64,000 nt of DNA from a virus. Position 1 is the stretch's first letter; each line of letters starts with the position of its first letter. A program made the translations under genes and the position numbers. This document shows positions 35,001-41,704 of this stretch, in pieces. Location: IMG/VR virus record IMGVR_UViG_3300045988_113306; one strand, 5' to 3'. The notes beneath the pieces were generated by a model. The model searched no databases and had not been told where the DNA came from. It saw only the letters and a list, made by a program, of their open reading frames with translations.

Positions 35001-35096
35001 TGAGCGAGGCAATTGTGTGCATCGGCGGAGATTCCCCGATGTCGACTGTGACGAGATGATATGGGAGATGTTTCCCAAGTATTAAACTTTAAATAG

Positions 35097-35145
35097 GCGG
35101 TATTGAACCGCTCTCAATGTTTAACCAATAAAAAACTTACGTAAA
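35097..35145 (+). promoter_or_regulatory. intergenic cassette 2
   Basis: GCGGT/ACCGC stem; AACCAATAAAAAACTTA, ACCAAT at 35124. Confidence 0.55.
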
Positions 35146-35334
35146 ATGAGGTACAGAATGTCATTGAACTATGGCCGCCTGACGGCGACAATTCGCGAGT
35201 ATGAGGACGGCAAGGTGGTGAGCAAATGGAGAACCGCAAGGCTGTGTAAAAAGGAATTCGAGTCGCTTGAATATTTCACCGAGAGCGACATCAAGAGTTA
35301 CTTGAACCGCGAAGAGCTTCAGCGAATAAAGTGA
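35146..35334 (+). CDS. small hypothetical protein, 62 aa
   Basis: Track ORF; carries copy 1 of the 35-nt repeat. Confidence 0.5.
   Translation: MRYRMSLNYGRLTATIREYEDGKVVSKWRTARLCKKEFESLEYFTESDIKSYLNREELQRIK
35168..35202 (+). repeat. 35-nt perfect direct repeat, copy 1
   Basis: ACTATGGCCGCCTGACGGCGACAATTCGCGAGTAT, identical to 36003-36037. Confidence 0.9.
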
Positions 35335-35338
35335 GCCG

Positions 35339-35392
35339 AGGAGGTTGGGCGACCGACCTCCTGCATTGTTCAACCAATTAAAACTTAGAATT
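35339..35392 (+). promoter_or_regulatory. intergenic cassette 3
   Basis: AGGAGGT/ACCTCCT stem; TCAACCAATTAAAACTTA, ACCAAT at 35373, 20 nt before the ATG. Confidence 0.6.
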
Positions 35393-35770
35393 ATGGAAAG
35401 ATACGATTATTTAGAAGTAGTGACGAACGATGTTAAGGGTTACATTGAAAGTGAAATCACAATGTCGGACTATTCCGACCGCGACGAACTTGAAGAGTAC
35501 CTGAACGAAGTTCTGTGGACTAACGACGGAGTGACCGGCAACGGCTCGGGGTCTTACACGTTCAATAAGTGGGAAGCCGAGGAGAATCTGTGCCACAATC
35601 TCGACCTGTTGGGCGAGGCTCTGAACGAATTTGGATGCGAGGCGAGCTATCTCGTTGAGAAAGGCGCCGAATCATGCGACGTGGCGATACGTTGCTATCT
35701 CCTCAATCAAGCCATCTCCGCAGCTCTTGACGAGTTGTGGGAGGATGAGGATGAGGATGACGACGATTGA
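35393..35770 (+). CDS. acidic hypothetical protein, 125 aa (EDEDEDDDD tail)
   Basis: Track ORF 35345..35770 shortened to ATG 35393. Confidence 0.55.
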   Translation: MERYDYLEVVTNDVKGYIESEITMSDYSDRDELEEYLNEVLWTNDGVTGNGSGSYTFNKWEAEENLCHNLDLLGEALNEFGCEASYLVEKGAESCDVAIRCYLLNQAISAALDELWEDEDEDDDD

Positions 35771-35774
35771 ATTG

Positions 35775-35834
35775 TGGAGGCTTGTGTTACGGCATTGGCC
35801 TCCAACCCTGTTTAATCCATTTAAAAACAAGATT
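35775..35834 (+). promoter_or_regulatory. intergenic cassette 4 (degenerate box)
   Basis: TGGAGGC/GCCTCCA stem; AATCCATTTAAAAAC, 20 nt before the ATG. Confidence 0.5.
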
Positions 35835-36073
35835 ATGAGAATTTATGAATTAGCCCCAATCTCAGGCCAAGGCCAAAAGAGCTTCTACGGCAAGGCAATC
35901 GTCACCATTGACGACAACGGAGTTGAAACGCTTTTAAGCTACTGCACCAAGATTTGCGAGAGGCATCCCGACGGCAGCATAAAGAAGCTGTGGGACGGAT
36001 GGACTATGGCCGCCTGACGGCGACAATTCGCGAGTATTGCGGTCTTAACAAGAAACAGTGGGAAGCGTTATGA
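35835..36073 (+). pseudogene. small ORF apparently split by a frameshift inside the 35-nt repeat
   Basis: MRIYELAPISGQGQKSFYGKA...LWDGWTMAA* (to 36017); the other frame continues DYGRLTATIREYCGLNKKQWEAL* to 36073. Confidence 0.45.
36003..36037 (+). repeat. 35-nt perfect direct repeat, copy 2
   Basis: Identical to 35168-35202. Confidence 0.9.
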
Positions 36074-36080
36074 ATCATGG

Positions 36081-36135
36081 GAGGGCGAATGAATCGCCCT
36101 CTGCCAACCAATTAACAATTAAAACTTAAAGAATC
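36081..36135 (+). promoter_or_regulatory. intergenic cassette 5
   Basis: GAGGGCGA/TCGCCCTC stem; CCAACCAATTAACAATTAAAACTTA. Confidence 0.6.
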
Positions 36136-36273
36136 ATGAAACTAAAAGACCTACATTGCGACAAGCTCACTGCAACGGTACAAGACTATTTCGACTGTTT
36201 CCTTGAAAATCGCGGTGACGGCATAATATATGACGAGGATGATGAAAAGTGTTACCGCTACGAGTATCTTTAA
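36136..36273 (+). CDS. small hypothetical protein, 45 aa
   Basis: Own translation MKLKDLHCDKLTATVQDYFDCFLENRGDGIIYDEDDEKCYRYEYL; bracketed by cassettes. Confidence 0.45.
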   Translation: MKLKDLHCDKLTATVQDYFDCFLENRGDGIIYDEDDEKCYRYEYL

Positions 36274-36280
36274 CCCATGG

Positions 36281-36325
36281 GCGGCCGAGGGCCGCTTTCA
36301 ATCACCAATTTAAAATTAACGAATT
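36281..36325 (+). promoter_or_regulatory. intergenic cassette 6
   Basis: GCGGCC/GGCCGC stem then TTTCAAT; TCACCAATTTAAAATTAAC. Confidence 0.6.
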
Positions 36326-36562
36326 ATGAAACGTAGAGAATTTTCAAACGAGGCCAAGAAGGCCGTAGCTATCCAAATCATCACATTGTTGGAGAACAGC
36401 ATCCTTGAAGAAAACGGGCCGCAGTCCTTCAGTGTATGGTGCGAGAACGGTGCGGTGTTCGACGATGAGGATTGCGCGGAAGAATGCAAGGAGCTGATGG
36501 AGCTGATGGAGAGCCGAGTAGAGGCGGTGGTGTTCAGTCCGATGGCGATTGATTTCGAGTAG
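36326..36562 (+). CDS. small acidic hypothetical protein, 78 aa
   Basis: Track ORF. Confidence 0.55.
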   Translation: MKRREFSNEAKKAVAIQIITLLENSILEENGPQSFSVWCENGAVFDDEDCAEECKELMELMESRVEAVVFSPMAIDFE

Positions 36563-36567
36563 CACCG

Positions 36568-36618
36568 TGGGGCGACAAGCCCCATGACAATTATTAACCC
36601 AATTAAAATTTAACAGAT
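36568..36618 (+). promoter_or_regulatory. intergenic cassette 7
   Basis: TGGGGC/GCCCCA stem; TTAACCCAATTAAAATTTAAC. Confidence 0.6.
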
Positions 36619-36786
36619 ATGAATGTTTACAAGTTCAGATTGATTGAAACGTATTCAAAAGTAGTCAGCATCGAGGCCGATTCAAGGGAAGAGGCATTTG
36701 ATATGCTTGACCAAAAGGTTTCCGAGGGCGATATTGACGCGATGGACAACTACGACGACTACGAGCGAGAAATCTACGACGCCTAA
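36619..36786 (+). CDS. small acidic hypothetical protein, 55 aa
   Basis: Own translation MNVYKFRLIETYSKVVSIEADSREEAFDMLDQKVSEGDIDAMDNYDDYEREIYDA. Confidence 0.5.
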   Translation: MNVYKFRLIETYSKVVSIEADSREEAFDMLDQKVSEGDIDAMDNYDDYEREIYDA

Positions 36787-36793
36787 CGGCGAG

Positions 36794-36839
36794 GTGGGGC
36801 GCAAGTCCCGCTGCTTCTAACCAATTAAATTTAGGTAGT
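36794..36839 (+). promoter_or_regulatory. intergenic cassette 8
   Basis: Stem with GCAA tetraloop; CTAACCAATTAAATTTAGG, ACCAAT at 36820, 20 nt before the ATG. Confidence 0.6.
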
Positions 36840-37166
36840 ATGAATAACAAAGAAAAAACAGTAAAGTTGATTAACGCAATCTTGAACAAACTCTATAACG
36901 ATTTCAACATTAAAGTCATTGATGTGAACGGGAATTGCGTAAAAGCGATAATCAAGCATGAGATGGACGAATTAGAACGTAAGCTGTCGATTGCCATGAT
37001 ATTTGAAGTGTGTGACGAAATAGAGAATGTGCCGTTTTATGGCAAGATTCTTATACCAAATACAATCAGAGTTGTAGACTTAAACACCGTTTACACGTTC
37101 CGTGATGAGTGCAAGTTCACAGATGAAGATTTAGGGTCAATACTTAACAACCCTATTTTCAATTGA
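36840..37166 (+). CDS. small hypothetical protein, 108 aa
   Basis: Track ORF. Confidence 0.55.
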   Translation: MNNKEKTVKLINAILNKLYNDFNIKVIDVNGNCVKAIIKHEMDELERKLSIAMIFEVCDEIENVPFYGKILIPNTIRVVDLNTVYTFRDECKFTDEDLGSILNNPIFN

Positions 37167-37171
37167 TTTAT

Positions 37172-37216
37172 AGAGGTCGCAAGACCTCTCGCTATTCACC
37201 AACAATTAAACTTATT
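37172..37216 (+). promoter_or_regulatory. intergenic cassette 9
   Basis: AGAGGTC-GCAA-GACCTCT; TTCACCAACAATTAAACTTA. Confidence 0.6.
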
Positions 37217-37492
37217 ATGAAAAGACTATTTATCGTGACTGCTCCGATAGATTTCGGACGGAATGAGCTGGAAGAGGCGTTGTGGATTGAGGATATTGAC
37301 ACCGAAAAGATAACCGAGATAATGGACGGCAATCCCGACTTTCAATTGTGGGACTTGGTAGACTTCGTGGAGTTCTGCAACAACCAAGAGTTCGATGTCG
37401 AAGGCTGCTGGATGCAGTCGGTTGAGGTTGAAGTCCCCGACGACTACAGTCCTAACAAGTCGACATGGTACATGAAGCTGATTCGGTTCTAA
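37217..37492 (+). CDS. small hypothetical protein, 91 aa
   Basis: Track ORF 37163..37492 shortened to ATG 37217. Confidence 0.55.
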   Translation: MKRLFIVTAPIDFGRNELEEALWIEDIDTEKITEIMDGNPDFQLWDLVDFVEFCNNQEFDVEGCWMQSVEVEVPDDYSPNKSTWYMKLIRF

Positions 37493-37523
37493 ACAACGAG
37501 GACAAAAATTGTAAGGGTAATAT

Positions 37524-37574
37524 GTAGGGCCATTGTAGGCCCTACTACAATCACCAACTTAAAACTTAAAAACT
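37524..37574 (+). promoter_or_regulatory. intergenic cassette 10
   Basis: GTAGGGCC/GGCCCTAC stem; ATCACCAACTTAAAACTTA. Confidence 0.6.
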
Positions 37575-37820
37575 ATGAAAGTATATGTTTACACTGAGTC
37601 GTGGTACACGCCCGACGAGTATGTGGGCATCGCCGATGTTCAGGTATTCAAATACAAGGCCGACGCATTGTCGTATCTCGCAATGAAGCGTGACGACTTT
37701 CTTAATTACCCGGATGATGAATGGGTGTGTGATTGGGGCGATAAAGACGGCTCGACATTCGCACATCTGTCAGCGGGCAATGACGATGTAGTGATGAGCG
37801 TGACCGAGCGTGACATTTAA
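37575..37820 (+). CDS. small hypothetical protein, 81 aa
   Basis: Track ORF. Confidence 0.55.
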   Translation: MKVYVYTESWYTPDEYVGIADVQVFKYKADALSYLAMKRDDFLNYPDDEWVCDWGDKDGSTFAHLSAGNDDVVMSVTERDI

Positions 37821-37823
37821 TGA

Positions 37824-37846
37824 TTAACCATTTAAATTTTATCATT
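37824..37846 (+). promoter_or_regulatory. intergenic cassette 11 (box only, no hairpin)
   Basis: TTAACCATTTAAATTTT, 20 nt before ATG 37847. Confidence 0.45.
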
Positions 37847-37921
37847 ATGTTTTTCGTATGTGTATTAATTTGGGCCGTAGTCACGGTGTTTAAAGGACTT
37901 ACTGATGGCAGGGCCGACTAA
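37847..37921 (+). CDS. possible 24-aa membrane peptide
   Basis: MFFVCVLIWAVVTVFKGLTDGRAD; called only because the box-to-ATG spacing fits. Confidence 0.3.
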   Translation: MFFVCVLIWAVVTVFKGLTDGRAD

Positions 37922-37926
37922 GAAAC

Positions 37927-37974
37927 GGAGGTCGCAAGACCTCTGACATCACCAATAACTAAAACTTTAAGATT
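37927..37974 (+). promoter_or_regulatory. intergenic cassette 12
   Basis: GGAGGTC-GCAA-GACCTCT (same core as cassette 9); CATCACCAATAACTAAAACTTTA. Confidence 0.6.
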
Positions 37975-38250
37975 ATGACACAGAAAGAATTTGAACAAAC
38001 GAAAGAATGGGTCGAAAATAACACTGGATTAGAGTTTATAGACGACCAAGCATTGTATGACAAGGATGGAGCCTATTTTGAAAAGGCGATAGACTCCGAC
38101 AAACGAGTCAAGCTTTGCATAGACAATGACCGTTCCGCCGAGTTGTGGATGCTCTTCAACGATGATTCATGCGTTGAAATATTCACATCAAGTTCACAGA
38201 ACAATTGGCGATGTTTGAGAGTGTTCGCACACATCGTGACTTACAACTAA
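37975..38250 (+). CDS. small hypothetical protein, 91 aa
   Basis: Track ORF. Confidence 0.55.
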   Translation: MTQKEFEQTKEWVENNTGLEFIDDQALYDKDGAYFEKAIDSDKRVKLCIDNDRSAELWMLFNDDSCVEIFTSSSQNNWRCLRVFAHIVTYN

Positions 38251-38253
38251 GAC

Positions 38254-38269
38254 GGAGGCTTCGGCCTCT
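38254..38269 (+). promoter_or_regulatory. orphan stem-loop GGAGGC-TTCG-GCCTCT
   Basis: UUCG tetraloop hairpin not followed by a box or a gene. Confidence 0.55.
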
Positions 38270-38321
38270 GACAGACCGTCGTTGTGAAACGGCCTTAATT
38301 GTAAGTTTAAGTGTTTAATGG

Positions 38322-38388
38322 GCGGCCATTTAGTTGGCCGCTTTCAATGCGGGATGTTCCGCAGACAACCAATTTTAACTTAATCATC
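38322..38388 (+). promoter_or_regulatory. intergenic cassette 13
   Basis: GCGGCCA/TGGCCGC stem then TTTCAAT; second small hairpin GCGG/CCGC; ACAACCAATTTTAACTTA. Confidence 0.6.
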
Positions 38389-38580
38389 ATGAAAGAAACA
38401 GAAAACGGCTTTGAGGAAAAAGTAGGAGGCTTCGTGCGCATACTGCTTATTTTCATCGGTGTGATGATTCTCTTGTCAATGTGCGAGCGGTCATCATGTA
38501 GCGGAGGCGATTACGATGACCGATGGGACAGGTTGCAACACGAGGTGGACACAGACCCATACTACCAACAATGGAAGTGA
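38389..38580 (+). CDS. small membrane protein, 63 aa
   Basis: Track ORF 38311..38580 shortened to ATG 38389; FVRILLIFIGVMILLSM helix. Confidence 0.55.
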   Translation: MKETENGFEEKVGGFVRILLIFIGVMILLSMCERSSCSGGDYDDRWDRLQHEVDTDPYYQQWK

Positions 38581-38590
38581 CCTAAACCCG

Positions 38591-38643
38591 AAGGGAGATT
38601 AAGTTCTCCCTTTGCAAATCATTAACCAATTAAAGAAACTATT
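38591..38643 (+). promoter_or_regulatory. intergenic cassette 14
   Basis: AAGGGAGA/TCTCCCTT stem; CATTAACCAATTAAAGAAAC. Confidence 0.6.
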
Positions 38644-39303
38644 ATGAGAATTTCAAACGAAACAATCCGACATTTTGAGTCATTGGGTATCGAAGTCAAG
38701 AACCATCCCGGAACAGAGAGCGATTGGCGTGAAAAGGTGTGGAATGACGAATATAAGTGGTCTTACAACTACGGCAAGGACGCAACTCTCGGCTACGACG
38801 AAAACGGCAAATCAATCCATCCGACGCACGAGCAACTACACAAACGTGCGACCGAATGGGCCGACAGATACACTCCGAGAAAGATGAACAATTGGTACGA
38901 CGCCAATATGCTCTACGTGGAGTATGACGACGGTGAGAATCACCGCGTCATCTGCCAAAAAGTCAGTGTCAAGTCAAAGGAAATCACGGTCGAATACATC
39001 GACAAGCTGATTGCAAAGGACAAGAAAGCGTACAGTGGCACATTCGGCAAGTTCACGGATGCCATGAACAAAGTGCTTGAAACATTGGGGTACACCGGCC
39101 GGTTCTGGGTATATCCCACGACATACGGCATCGGGGTATGGGTATTCTACAACTTCAACGCTGAAAAGAACATCAAGGATGTGGAGTCCATACTGAAGGC
39201 CAATAACGTTCAATACTACAACGAGTATAGTGACGCGCATTACGTATATCGATTCAAGGTGTCAAAAAAGCAGGCTAACATGAAGCTCATTGCAGCTTGC
39301 TGA
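38644..39303 (+). CDS. hypothetical protein, 219 aa
   Basis: Track ORF; largest gene of the cassette array. Confidence 0.6.
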   Translation: MRISNETIRHFESLGIEVKNHPGTESDWREKVWNDEYKWSYNYGKDATLGYDENGKSIHPTHEQLHKRATEWADRYTPRKMNNWYDANMLYVEYDDGENHRVICQKVSVKSKEITVEYIDKLIAKDKKAYSGTFGKFTDAMNKVLETLGYTGRFWVYPTTYGIGVWVFYNFNAEKNIKDVESILKANNVQYYNEYSDAHYVYRFKVSKKQANMKLIAAC

Positions 39304-39310
39304 CTTATGG

Positions 39311-39354
39311 GAGGGGTTGGCCCTCTATCTATCAACCAATTAAATTTTAAAGAT
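39311..39354 (+). promoter_or_regulatory. intergenic cassette 15
   Basis: GAGGG/CCCTC stem; TATCAACCAATTAAATTTTAAAG, ACCAAT at 39335, 20 nt before the ATG. Confidence 0.6.
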
Positions 39355-39720
39355 ATGAAAACAAGAACGATGAATGACGGCTATGTATGGCTGGTGGTCG
39401 AGAAACCCTTGGCATTGCAGATGTTCAAATGCAACGAGGATGTCTACAAGCTGTACGACGACGGCAGCGAGAGCCTTTGCGAGGACGAGAACGAGATTAA
39501 GTTGTCCGACGCCGAGTTCGGCATAGGATTGGGATTCGTGGACGACATGAACCCGACCTGCCCGACTTGCGGTGCGCAGCTTACAAGGATGACGGCAAAT
39601 GGTGGGACACTGGGCTATGCTCTTCCGGCCGTGACGGATGGACACCCGGAGAGCTTGAAACTTATTATGAGCGAGAGTGTGAGTAAACCGCTTTCTAACC
39701 GCGTTTCTCGGCTCGGATGA
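39355..39720 (+). CDS. hypothetical protein, 121 aa, one CPTCG motif
   Basis: Track ORF 39307..39720 shortened to ATG 39355. Confidence 0.55.
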   Translation: MKTRTMNDGYVWLVVEKPLALQMFKCNEDVYKLYDDGSESLCEDENEIKLSDAEFGIGLGFVDDMNPTCPTCGAQLTRMTANGGTLGYALPAVTDGHPESLKLIMSESVSKPLSNRVSRLG

Positions 39721-39775
39721 TAAAGTGTCCATTCGGGCGGAGAAGTCGCGGGAGAAGGCAAATAAATAGACGATT

Positions 39776-39961
39776 ATGAATAAGGATATGGAACAACTAG
39801 GCGCAAATCAAGCCGATTCTGTTGCAAAGAAAATTACGAAATTAACCAAGTCATTAAAGAACTCAACTGAGCTTGGATATGAAACAAAAGAAATCAAACA
39901 GGAGATTCTCGAAAGATGTGCAGAACTGAGCAATCTCATGATTTGTATGATATTTCACTGA
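39776..39961 (+). CDS. small hypothetical protein, 61 aa
   Basis: Track ORF; no cassette upstream. Confidence 0.45.
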   Translation: MNKDMEQLGANQADSVAKKITKLTKSLKNSTELGYETKEIKQEILERCAELSNLMICMIFH

Positions 39962-39967
39962 TTTACG

Positions 39968-40006
39968 GCGGGGTCATTCCCGCTCTCTAACCAATTAAAA
40001 CAAACT
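39968..40006 (+). promoter_or_regulatory. intergenic cassette 16
   Basis: GCGGG/CCCGC stem; CTCTAACCAATTAAAACAAAC. Confidence 0.6.
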
Positions 40007-40248
40007 ATGACAAAGAAAGATTTGCTAAAATTGCTCCCCAACTGCAAGATGGTGGGGTGGACGAGCCAAGCGTGGAGATAAACGGCAAGCGATACCTGTT
40101 GTGGGGATTCATGCGTGATGACAGACAGATATGGGTAGATATGGAAAGCGATGACGGCTTCGGCCGGTGGCTGACACCGATAAACGACTTTCCGAGAGGT
40201 GTTGTAAAGTACATCTACCAATGCGCTGAACGAAAGCTGGTCAAGTGA
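40007..40248 (+). pseudogene. small ORF apparently frameshifted at a G4 run
   Basis: Cassette-positioned ATG 40007 gives MTKKDLLKLLPNCKMVGWTSQAWR*; one extra G in GGGG (40054-40057) would join it to track ORF 40057..40248. Confidence 0.45.
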
Positions 40249-40251
40249 ACA

Positions 40252-40296
40252 TAGAGGGGAGCAATCCCCTCTACTAACCAATAAAAAACAACAACG
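40252..40296 (+). promoter_or_regulatory. intergenic cassette 17
   Basis: TAGAGGGGA-GCAA-TCCCCTCTA; CTAACCAATAAAAAACAAC, ACCAAT at 40277, 20 nt before the ATG. Confidence 0.6.
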
Positions 40297-40611
40297 ATGA
40301 AAAAGAATGAAATCAATTTGAAAAAGGAAGGCTTCAATTTAAATGCAAATGTCTATCCAGCAGGCTACCATTATAAGGAGATTATGAGGCTCGGACGAGT
40401 GTTCCCCACCACCAAGGCGCAGGCTGCATATTTCATACAACTGGGCAGATACCCCGACGCATACAACATGGATGATGTGGAGCTTGTGGAAAGGGAACTC
40501 AACCCTTACGGCTTCGATGGAGAGTATGAATACACCAAAAGCAAAACAATGGTTCGTCTTGTCAATCTTGACGACATGTGCAAGGCGTTGAAACTGAAAT
40601 ACGGCCTTTAA
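40297..40611 (+). CDS. small hypothetical protein, 104 aa
   Basis: Track ORF. Confidence 0.55.
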   Translation: MKKNEINLKKEGFNLNANVYPAGYHYKEIMRLGRVFPTTKAQAAYFIQLGRYPDAYNMDDVELVERELNPYGFDGEYEYTKSKTMVRLVNLDDMCKALKLKYGL

Positions 40612-40618
40612 TCCAAGT

Positions 40619-40663
40619 GGGCTTGAAACAAGGCCCGCTCCTAAACACCCAAACAACAGCAAC
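40619..40663 (+). promoter_or_regulatory. intergenic cassette 18 (imperfect stem, degenerate box)
   Basis: GGGCTT/AAGGCCC stem with one bulge; ACACCCAAACAACAGCAAC. Confidence 0.4.
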
Positions 40664-40951
40664 ATGATTAAGAACGAAGTTTTAAACTACATCCCAACAG
40701 CCACGCTGAGGGAAGTGTGCGACTTGTGGCACAAAGTAAACGACATAGTTAACGGCTCCGAGGACTGCTACAAGCAGTTCGACGTGACAAACGATGATGG
40801 TTGGTACGTTGATAGGGACATTGACACGGATTCGTGCCGTATCAGAATAACGACGGACATCGAAGTAAACAGAACATATCTATGGGAATCCATATCCCTT
40901 TTCTATGAAGGCGATTGGATAGCAGACACCGACATCCACGAGCTTGAATAG
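40664..40951 (+). CDS. small hypothetical protein, 95 aa
   Basis: Track ORF. Confidence 0.55.
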   Translation: MIKNEVLNYIPTATLREVCDLWHKVNDIVNGSEDCYKQFDVTNDDGWYVDRDIDTDSCRIRITTDIEVNRTYLWESISLFYEGDWIADTDIHELE

Positions 40952-40965
40952 TTCATAGAATAATT

Positions 40966-41009
40966 GGAGGCTGAAAAAGCCTCTGCCTAATAACCAAAAA
41001 AGAAAAAGC
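40966..41009 (+). promoter_or_regulatory. intergenic cassette 19
   Basis: GGAGGCT-GAAAA-AGCCTCT; TAATAACCAAAAAAGAAAAAGC. Confidence 0.55.
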
Positions 41010-41312
41010 ATGATATACAAATCGTACAAATTCAAAGACAGAAACGGGCAAGAGTTTAAGGTTCGTTTTTATTTCACCGGCATCTACACCTTCGTTGACT
41101 GCAACGGGGAACACGAAATAGGCATGTGGTGGAAGGAGCCACTGATGGTCGGCAAGCACAATGACAAACCATCGAAAGACAGGAACAATGTCAGGTATCA
41201 CGCTCGTCCGTTCAGTCAGGAATATGCCTACCGCTACGCCGACTTCTCGCTCGGAGAGGTGGCGAGGAGGATAGCGATAGCCGAGATTATGAGAGTCAAT
41301 GCCACGCTATGA
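41010..41312 (+). CDS. small hypothetical protein, 100 aa
   Basis: Track ORF. Confidence 0.55.
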   Translation: MIYKSYKFKDRNGQEFKVRFYFTGIYTFVDCNGEHEIGMWWKEPLMVGKHNDKPSKDRNNVRYHARPFSQEYAYRYADFSLGEVARRIAIAEIMRVNATL

Positions 41313-41342
41313 CCGATTGTTAACTTTTAAAACTCCAACAGT

Positions 41343-41531
41343 ATGAAAGAATCAATCAAAGTAAAAGAGCTAAATTCAATGCTCAACAAAGTTGAAGCCA
41401 TGTCCAAGCAAGTGACGCGGATAAAACAACGTAACGACTTGTCCTCTGATGACAAATATATGGCCTTAAAAGTAGGGCAAGAACTACATACTCTCAATCA
41501 ATATATTAAGATATGGTTATTTCAAATATAA
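41343..41531 (+). CDS. small hypothetical protein, 62 aa
   Basis: Track ORF. Confidence 0.5.
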   Translation: MKESIKVKELNSMLNKVEAMSKQVTRIKQRNDLSSDDKYMALKVGQELHTLNQYIKIWLFQI

Positions 41532-41545
41532 AAACGACGCAAAAA

Positions 41546-41577
41546 CTTGTGCAATCAAAAAATTGTCGCTACCTTTG
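41546..41577 (+). promoter_or_regulatory. candidate promoter (CTTG-N20-TACCTTTG)
   Basis: -7 box 41570-41577; lies between the last array gene and the terminator. Confidence 0.35.
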
Positions 41578-41628
41578 TGTCAGCAAGCATAGCATAACGA
41601 TAACACTGCATTTTTGAATTATTCATCA

Positions 41629-41665
41629 AAACACCTCGTTTGAGAAAATAAGGTGTTTTTTATTT
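41629..41665 (+). terminator. intrinsic terminator ending the small-gene array
   Basis: AAACACCT/AGGTGTTT 8-bp stem followed by a T-run. Confidence 0.75.
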
Positions 41666-41673
41666 GAAAATAT

Positions 41674-41704
41674 TTTGCGGTTTCAAAAAAATGATTTACA
41701 TTTG
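41674..41704 (+). promoter_or_regulatory. Bacteroidota-type promoter (TTTG-N19-TACATTTG)
   Basis: -33 box 41674-41677, -7 box 41697-41704; about 145-nt leader to ATG 41856. Confidence 0.55.

Noticed and set aside
34813-41010. Could the regularly spaced hairpin repeats be a CRISPR array?
   Set aside because: The intervals between hairpins are 75-660 nt, of variable length, and contain well-formed ORFs with positioned start codons. The hairpin sequences also differ from one another, so this is not a repeat-spacer structure.
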